Positions 11,091-20,300 of a stretch of 64,000 nucleotides of DNA are shown here, one piece after another. The position numbers and the translations under genes were made by a program. Source of the DNA: an uncultured Clostridia bacterium (GTDB lineage Bacteria; Bacillota; Clostridia; Christensenellales; UBA1242); NCBI GenBank assembly GCA_944381135.1, contig CALWJY010000002.1:1929-65928 (forward strand). Reading direction: 5' to 3'. The notes under the pieces are model-generated. The model was not told the origin of the DNA and ran no database searches. It was given only the letters and a program-made list of their open reading frames with translations. Positions within the stretch are counted from its first letter, which is position 1. Every line of letters starts with the position of its first letter.

Positions 11091-11140
11091 AAAATTATAA
11101 AAAGGGAAGCATGAGGACAGAAAATCCCCACAATTCCCTT
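11091..11140 (-). terminator. terminator-like (attenuator?) hairpin in the rpoB leader
   Basis: Minus-strand RNA reads AAGGGAAUUGUGGGGAUUUUCUGUCCUCAUGCUUCCCUU followed by UUUAUAAUUUUU. The 7-bp outer stem is AAGGGAA/UUCCCUU (11140-11134 with 11108-11102). It lies downstream of both rpoB promoters and 20-70 nt upstream of the ATG. Confidence 0.45.
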
Positions 11141-11194
11141 ATTTTAAGTTAAAATGGCACAAAAATTTTTCAACATGGGCTAATTAACCAATTC

Positions 11195-11223
11195 ATTTTA
11201 ACACTTTATTTTTTAAATGTCAA
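11195..11223 (-). promoter_or_regulatory. sigma-A promoter P1 of rpoBC
   Basis: The minus strand reads TTGACA (11218-11223), 17 nt, TAAAAT (11195-11200), with TGt immediately upstream of the -10 (extended -10). Confidence 0.6.
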
Positions 11224-11290
11224 TACTTTTTCGAAAAATTTTTGCCAATAATTATTTTTTTATTCTCTTTCTTCCCAAAATATGTGAAAA

Positions 11291-11320
11291 ATTATGCCAA
11301 ATCTCCATGAAAATTGTCAA
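11291..11320 (-). promoter_or_regulatory. sigma-A promoter P2 of rpoBC
   Basis: The minus strand reads TTGACA (11315-11320), 18 nt, CATAAT (11291-11296). Confidence 0.45.
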
Positions 11321-11383
11321 ACTTTGAATTGAAATTACATAAAAATTTATGTCGAATTCAAATTGTGATTTCTAAATATTTTT

Positions 11384-14300
11384 TCAGACAACAATGTTTC
11401 CATTGCCCCACAAATTGATTTGCAAACTTGTGAACGAACCATTGTTTCTAAGCGTTGTGTAAGAAATTGCCAACTCATAAACACAGTTTGTTCCTGGCAT
11501 GGTGATTGTGTTGAAAATTCTGCTTCCTTCAATTGAACTGTCAGAAGATGAATAATCAATAATTCCGTCCGATGTGTCCAAAATTGCCGTCCCTGTGAGC
11601 TCCGATTCGTTTTGCAAAGACAAATTTATAACCGAAACCGAACAATTTGCCAAATTTGAATATGTGTTGTAAATCATATGTGAAGTTGAACTTCTGTTCA
11701 ATCCAACAATTGTTCCAACTGCATATTCGGCAGTTGTGGCATACAAATTGACTTGCACACTTGAAGAAGTGATGTTGAAGTTGTTTGTATATTCTCCACT
11801 TTCAACCTCATTTTCCACACCAAGCGCAATAATTGTGTCTTGTCCACTGCTTCCTGCAAGTCCCCCAATGGCAGCCATTTCTTGCCTAATTCCAATTGCG
11901 TTCAATTCCCCCGTGAAAGAAATGTGATTGAAAGTTGTTCTTCCCGTTGTTTCAATCAAGCCCACAATTCCTCCAACAAGTGAGTATCCTGTCAAATCAG
12001 CATTAATTGTGATGACATCCATGGTTGTTGCTTCCGAAATTTGTCCCGCAATTCCTCCAAGTGCAGAGATGCTTCCATCTGTTGAAATGGTGCTTATTGA
12101 AATGTCCTGTTCCATTGTGATGTCACTGATTGTTCCGCCACTTGCCAAACCAACAACACCACCAACTGCAATTGGCACTTCTGGAGTCCTCACAAAGTTT
12201 GTAAAGACGCTTCCTGTGCCAAGAATTGTCACATCAGTCAGTGTTCCTTTGCTTTCACCCGCAACCAAGCCTGCATATGAATATCCATTCACTGACATTT
12301 CCGCATCCATAGCAACATCGACATTATCAACAGTTGCGCCACTGTCAATAAGCCCAAACAACAACCCTGCTTCATCAGCAATTGCCGAAACCACTTCATC
12401 TGTCACACAATTGAGGATCAAACCTGTGCCACTTAAAACTCCGACAACCGACCCAGCATATGAATTTGTGCTGAAAGATGTTGCGTTTTGGTCAAACACA
12501 TTGTCTGCAACTTGCTGTCTTGCCTTTGCGCTGTAGGTGGAATAAACATTTTGGAGTTTATAATCTCCAACAGCAATTCCAATTGCACCACCAACAATGT
12601 TGTTTCCAACAATCGTAATGCCTTGTCCGTTAAGAAGTGAAACATTCAAAACAGTTCCACCATCCACTCTTCCGGTTATTGCACCCACAACTTGAGTGTT
12701 GGCGAAGTCCACATTCGTTGGATTGAGATTAAAGTTCATAACTGTTCCAATCGCACCTGAAAATGTTGAACTTCCAATTTCTGCAAAAAGACCAGCATAA
12801 GTGGCAGGAGAACTTCCAATCAAAGAGATGTTGTCAACATCCATGAAGTTTCCTTCAAAATAGCCCATAAATCTTGTTTTGTAAAGCGAACTGTTGTAGA
12901 GGATTGATGAATAGTCAACATCAGCAATAAGACGATAATATCTTGTGTTGATTGATGTTGAAGAATTTTCTTGAGTGATATAGTTTTCCATTTCTTCAGC
13001 ATCACTGATGAGAATTGGGTTATACTCCGAGCCCAAACTATATCCCGTATATTCATAGACATATCTCACATAGGATGCGCCGGTTTCCGCGTCATAAACA
13101 TCTTCAGTCCTCAAAAGTCTTCTTTCAGACTCTGCCTCAATGTTTGGCGCAACAAGTTCCGGTCTGCCAACATTAAAGAGTGTTCCTCCAAAGTTTTGGC
13201 TGTCCAAACTGTTGGTGTTCAAGAACCAAACCGAATTTGTGTCTCTCCCTTCTGCAACCACCCAATCATCAAAGTTGTCCATGTCAGAAAACTCTGCTTT
13301 TGTCAATGTGTCAATTTCGGTATAGTCATTTATTGGAATTCTTCCCAAATTCATGTTGATGACCTCATCTGTGTCATCACTGAGATAGAAGCAATCATAA
13401 ATTCCCACTGCATCATCAGTTTGCTGAACATTGTTGCTCCTTGCAAAGCCATAGTTTCTTGTCTGTCCACTTTCTAACGTGCTGGTTGAAAAACACCTTT
13501 CAACCAAACCTGTGTTATCATAGACAAATCCTGACGCGAAGAATCCGCTGTATTCCAAATGGATGTTGGAATAACTGTCTGCAACCGTGCCCCCGTTGGA
13601 ATATACAAAGCCCGAAATGTTTCCGTTTGCCATAATTGTGTTTTCTTGTGCTTGATTATCTGGGAGAACATAATACATCTCATTTTGGTCGCCAACTCTT
13701 TCTCCACTGACATAGGAAGTGTAAATTTCGCCCGTGTTGTTGACAACAAACCCAGCAGTATATTCAGTTGCTGTGTTAGTGTTGTTTCGAAGACTTGCAC
13801 CACGGAAGTAAGAACTTGCAATATGTCCCGTGTTGACACCAACAAAGCCTGAAAGGTTGACATTTGAATAGACATTCAGTCTTGAGCGTGAATTGGTGAT
13901 GTAGCCACTGTTTCTTGCAACAAGTCCCGCAACATAAGAAGAAGATGTCGTCACTGTGCTGACAACCGAAAGCGCAGAGCCATTCACAGATTCCACTTCA
14001 CAGTTGGTGATGATTCCGTTGTTTGTGCCAGCCAACAACCCCACATTAAAAGTTTGCACATTCATTCTGAAGTTGACATCTGCTGTAATTTGCACATAGA
14101 TGTTTTGCAAGATTGTGCCAGAGGCAACCTCTGCAAATAAACCGACATTTGTCAAGCCGTCAAACACATAGGTGTCTGCGAAACTGATTGTTTTGTTGTT
14201 GCCATCAAGCCCTGCAATTTGAGTTGTGATTGGAGCGAATTGCTCTTCACCACTCATTGACGCATCTTCAGAACTTGGAAGGGAGATGTCATTCATGAGG

Positions 14301-17300
14301 ATATACCACTGTCCTTCTTCCATTCCAATGAAATCTTCATAGTCATAAACCGGAATTGGACTGTCCTGAGTGCTTTGATCATGCACATCAAAAGTAAATT
14401 CCGTGTAAAATCTGTTGGAATTCAAAGCCACAGGACTGTAGGTGTATGTTCCATTCTGCATGGTGTAATGTCCATCAACCGAGAAATAATATAAGTCTCT
14501 TTCGTGATCATAGATTCTTTGAGGTGTGAAAGTGAATGACGAAATGCGATAATATCCTGCCGGAGATTCAAAAGTCTGTCCCAAAGCCAAAGTTTGAGTC
14601 CAATCACCTTCATAGACATTCCATTGAAGATTGTTTCTCATATTTTCAATAAATGTTTCAACCTGAGCATTCACACTTGCATTTGTGGAATCATATTCCA
14701 AGAAATCACGAATTGCAATTTCAAGTTCATACGGATTCCCAACTGCAGTGCTTATGACGCCGTTTTCCATTCCTTCAACAATGTCTTCATTGACGCCTTC
14801 GTCATAAGAATAGTTCAAAACAAATTCCATGATGTAGAAATCAATTTCGCTTTCATAAGGCACAAGCACACCATCCACAATCTTTTCTGCACTGACAGTG
14901 ATTGTGACAGCAAAGCCCGGTGCAGAACTGCTGTAGTTTATGTTTCCATTGTTGATTTGCAAAACATATCTTCCATTTGAGCCAGAAATTGAAGCATAGT
15001 CATTGTTTGAAAGTGTGATTTCAACTTGGTCTTCAGAATATCCAAAAAGTTCCAGCGTCAAATCATATGCAAGCCCTTTGGCAAGATAATAATGGTCACC
15101 AATTGCCTCCTTATCATCAAAGACAAGCCTTGCATAACTTCCAAGTTTGGTTTGAAGTTCAATTGTTGTTGTCATTGGGTCAACAGCATCGCCAACATAT
15201 GAAACTTCAACATTAAATGCCACAGGTGCATTATCCACAACACCACTTGAAGGCATATAATATGAAATGAAAATTCGTCCTGTGTAGGTTATCCCTTCGT
15301 CTGCAAGTTGTGTATAAAAGTCTGTCAATTCTTGATATGTGAAAGACAAGGAATTGTTTTCGTAAACACCAAAGTTTGGTGCTTGCTGATATGTGACGCC
15401 CGTTTGAGTTCTTTTTTCATAAGCAAATGTGAAGCTCGCATTTGTTGCACCCGAAGTTGTGTTGATTTCGTCATTTGAAATGGTGAACGTGTTGAACACT
15501 GCATCATATGGATCAAGCGAAATTTCCAAAATCCCTCTTTGAGACGGAACAACATATGCATCTGTTGAAGAAACATCATTTATGTTGGAATAGTTGTTGA
15601 TGTTGATGTAGTTGAGTGTTGCCTCATCAAGTCTGAAACGCATTGTGCACGAAACTGCAGATGGGTTTTGATAGGTTGGGCGAAGTTCGCTGGAATAGAA
15701 CACAACCACATATTCGCCAAAAATGTTTGCCCCGTCTGCATATCGGTTTTGATAAGCCTCTGAATTTGGATTGATTTTGCAAACCAAATCAAAAATGTTT
15801 GTGCCTGTTCTGCGCGTGAATTGAACGTTAAACAAATCGTCACTTGTACATGTGTTCAAATATTCATCATACGAAAGGTCTGATGCAACTCCATCAAGCA
15901 CATAGTCTCCAACCCTCTCAGGAACTCTGCTTTGCACAACAATTCCATTTGGTCCTGTGATTTCATAGAACAAAAGTTCTGATCTGTTTGTTGAAGTGAT
16001 GGAAACCGTGTTTTCAAAACTGCCGTTTGATTCCATAGACTCATAACTGCGCGCAACTTCAATTCTTGTTGCAGAATTTTCATAGAAAACCTCAAGGTCA
16101 ATCTCAGCGCCGTCAAGAGTGTAAAAGAATGTATGTCCACCAACTTCCACTCTCAAAATTGGTGTAAGCGTGTAGGTGTCCGCAACATCATTTGGTTCTG
16201 CGCCATTCACCCTATGGAAAATGACTGATTGTTTGCTTCCGTCTGCAGTTGAAACGGTGTTACCTTCACCTGCAACAACATCGACAGAAAATTCTGTGTT
16301 TGGAGTAAGCAAATATCCAACATTTTGATATGTCAAAATTCCGTTGCGTGAAATATAGAACTCTTCACCATTTGCCGTCTCACCACTTAAATCGTAGGTT
16401 GGCAATGCATAAATTGTTGTGTAGGCATTTCCATAGATTGTCAACTCCGAACCATTTTGCAAATTGCCAGAATTCAAATTTGCGTCAGTATAGAAAATTG
16501 AGGACGAAACATTGCTGTCAAAGAAATTTACGATGTAAAGATAAATCACTTGAGAAACATTGGTGTTCAAAATGCTGGAAAGTGTGATTTCCGCAAGCCC
16601 TGTGCCTCTGATTGTGATGTTCCCGTTGTTGTCCACAAGCAAATTGTTTGACGAGGTTGAGGAAATTCCAACATCTTGACTGTCAAGCACAAATGGATAT
16701 ATGTTTGAATTTGGAGTTATAAAGTTCAAATCTTCAATTTGTTCTTGTGCGGACGCACCCAGATTTCCTGTCAAATCACTTGAAACATGGAAATAGAATG
16801 CAAGGAAAACATTGATGTCAACATTGTCTTCAACAGGTGTCAATGCAAAGCCGTTTTCATCCGAAAGGTCCAAAGTGACACTTTGGCGAGGATAGCCAAC
16901 TGCACCCAAAATGGAATATTCTTCATTTCCAGCACTCACAACAACCATAAAATCGCCATAGTATGTTGTTGTCGAAGCAGAGTTTGATGCAATTGCTTCT
17001 TCTGGAATGTCCAAAACGTTTCTGACAGAATATGACACTGCACTGAATGTCCCGTCCGCATAAATTCTATTGTTTGTCTCACTTCCAACATTTCCAATTG
17101 AAACAATTTCAAAAAGGTCATCCCCAGCAAGTCCAGAAAGAACATTTCCAGAAACTTGACTTGTCCAATTTGGAGCAGTGGTTCTGATGAGATTGGAAGC
17201 ATAAAATTCTCCTCTTGCATCGTCCACCGCTTCCACGCGGTTTGCATTACCATAGTTGACAATGATTTCTGCCGCGTTTCCATGATAAATCTCACTTCCA

Positions 17301-20300
17301 ACAATTCCACCAACATTTTGATTTCCACGCAAATAAACGCGCGATGTGTTTTCATAAATGTTGATTGGACCAGCCATAACAGTGTCCACAGCCCCCAAAA
17401 TTCCGCCAACATTGTCAACACCTGTCATGCCAAAAGTGTTGATTTCGCCACCAACAAGGAGGTTTTCAAGCGCATATCCCTCACCTGTTGCTGAAACTCC
17501 CAAATCTGGAATTATGGAAGAAGTGTTTGCAAAGTTTGAAGCAACACCAACAATTCCGCCAACATAAACTTCATTGTTTTCAGCATTTGAGCCAGAAATG
17601 TTGAAGAGTGTGTATGCTGTATAACCCGTATATCCATACAATTTATAGTCATTTGAATATGGTGAAATTCGGCTGATTTGATTTGCTGTCACACCAGCAA
17701 CACCACCCGCATAGACTGTCGCATTTGCAACATTGATGTTGAGCACATTTTCAAAAAATGTCAAATTTTTGGATGTTTGACCGGTGTAGTCATGCAGATA
17801 TGAAAGTTCCGCACCCGTTTCATCAAACTTAATCAAATTTCCGTCATCATCAATCACAAAACCGCGAGCGTCAACACGAAATCTTTCCTCACCGTCTTGA
17901 ACATATTGAATTTCGCCATCTGTTTGAATTTCTGCAACTTCAACAATCACAAAGCCAATGCCGTCAACAATTTCTTTGTCGCCATTTTCATCAACAATAA
18001 ACAACAACTCTTCGGCATTTTCGTCAGCAAAGTTGGCAACATTCAGTCCGGTTGTGCTTGCAACATATCTCTTATATGTATAGCCCGTGCCCTCATATTT
18101 TGTGAAATCTTGCACAATCTCGCCAAGGTTCACCGCCGTGATTGCTCCAAAATAAAGCGTTCCATTTGAAATTGAAACCAAACTTTCTCCGTCCAATGAA
18201 GCCTCAACATTTTCAACCCTGCCATAGTTGACAGAAGAAAGAATGCCCACATATGCAGTGCCGGAATATGAAACGTTCACACTTCCTGCCACAGAGAAGT
18301 TTTCAAATGACATGTCTTCGTCAATTTGTGCAAAAAGCCCTGCATATAGAACGCCATCAATTTCAACTGCAAAGTTCGATTCGGTGCTGGAATGCTTAAT
18401 TGCCAAATTCACAATTCCTGCTTGGGAAGTTGTGGCTGTGATTGAGCCTCTGAAACCATACAAGTTCAATGTGCCATCAGAATTTTCAAGGACACCAATT
18501 GGAAGCGCACCACTTCTCACAGAACTCATGTCAACAATTGTGCTGATTTCATAGTGGCTTTGAAGAGTTGTTTGATTGGTGTTGATTTCCAAAACATCTT
18601 CAGCATTTTCAATCAAATATGGGTTTGTTCGAGAACCATTGCGATAGTGCACATCAATTTCAAGTGGTTGCAGGCTTGGATTGATTGCCGAAACAGAAGT
18701 GCCCCATTCTGGAGGATAGATGTAAACCCGTCCGGTCAGAGATATGTCTTCAAAAGTGACAATTTCGTCTTGATGCTCTTCAAAAAATCTTTCACAAGAC
18801 AAAGTGATGACAAACACTCCATTTCCGTTTGATTGCACAGACCATGTCAACATGTTGGTGAATGGATTTCCATTTGTTGTCACAAATTCCACTCTTGGAT
18901 TGACATCACTGTTTGTGGAATATGTAGGATAGAGTGCCACACCAACAACAGCGGTCAAATTTTGATTTGTGAAATTGATTTGAGAAAGGTTTGAAAGCAG
19001 CGTTATGCTTTCAACAGAATAATATTGTCTGATTTCAATGTGCGCATCATATCTTTTTGTGGAATTTCTTTGTCTCAAATATGCCGAAAGCACAAAAGAA
19101 TCTTCTTGAGGAAGGTCGTGTTGATATGAAAAACTGTTCAAATCGAAATCACCATAAGCACCAATGCGGAAGACATTTGAAAATGACACACTATATGTTG
19201 CCACAACCTGTTGATTGTCATCCAACTGTTCATATGTGAAATCTTCTGCAAAAAACATCAAACCATTATAGATAAACACTTGCACCGTTTTTGGTTCAAC
19301 TGTCAAAATGCCCTCTTCATTGGTGTAGGTTTTTCTGATTGTCATTGTTGTAGAAACTTGGTCAAACAAGTTGCCAGAATTGTCAAGCGGATAGAAATAG
19401 ACAAATTTATCGTCATAAGTTTCATACATCAAAGTTTCAGAGATGTAGTTTTCAAAGTTTGCGCTTGTGATACTGAAAGAAGGATATGTTTGTCCTTCTC
19501 GAGAGTTTTCAAAAAAGTCCATGATGCTTGCAGGATTGAAGTGATATTGATAGAAGTTTCGTGATTGTTCACTTCTCACGCGCGTATTGAATGTGATTGT
19601 TGAATTTTCTTCCGTCACATTTGTTCCACAATATATGACATTGTTCAGCGCATAACTTCCGCCATTCATGAGGCTAAATTCATCCACAAGAGAATAGGAG
19701 CTGACATTCACCACAACTTCATAGTTTCGCGCAATTGGAGCAAAGTTTTCCACCACTTGACCCATAAGTGTGATGTTGATTGTTGCCTCGCCGTTGCCAC
19801 GAGTTGTCACTGTGAAAGCATTGTTGGTTTTTAGAACAGAAATGTTTGCACTTGCATAACTAAATCGAATGTCCTCAGATGCCACATTTGCCAAAATCTC
19901 AAAATTGGCAACACGCCCAAAAGTGATTTCACCATTTGAAGACGCGTTTTGAATTTCAATATTCAACACATTGTCAAAATCTGCATTACCCGTTCTTTCA
20001 AAAGAAGAGGCTGTCACATTGTCATTTCCACTTGATGAAAGTTGAATGGAAGTCGAATCTCCTTTCAAAGTGTTGATACATTTGAAGATAACTTCAAAAT
20101 AAGTTCCGTTGTCAAGAATTATGTGATATCTCCCGCCGGTCTCACTTGCAAACATTGGCACAACGGAGAAATTGAGATAATAATTGCCATTTTCATATAT
20201 ATATGGTTCGTCACCAACCAAAAAATCAACACAATCTTCCCCGCCCATCAATTGGAAAGTGAAATTTTGAAACTCGCTGTTTGCATAGATGTGGTGCGAA

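Noticed and set aside
11928-12536. Plus-strand ORFs of 100-270 aa inside the giant genes, rpoB and rpoC (for example 11928-12536, 8861-9613, 4507-5322, 57949-58659)
   Set aside because: All are antisense to long, well-supported minus-strand genes. They have low-complexity or biased composition and no RBS. They are by-products of codon bias.
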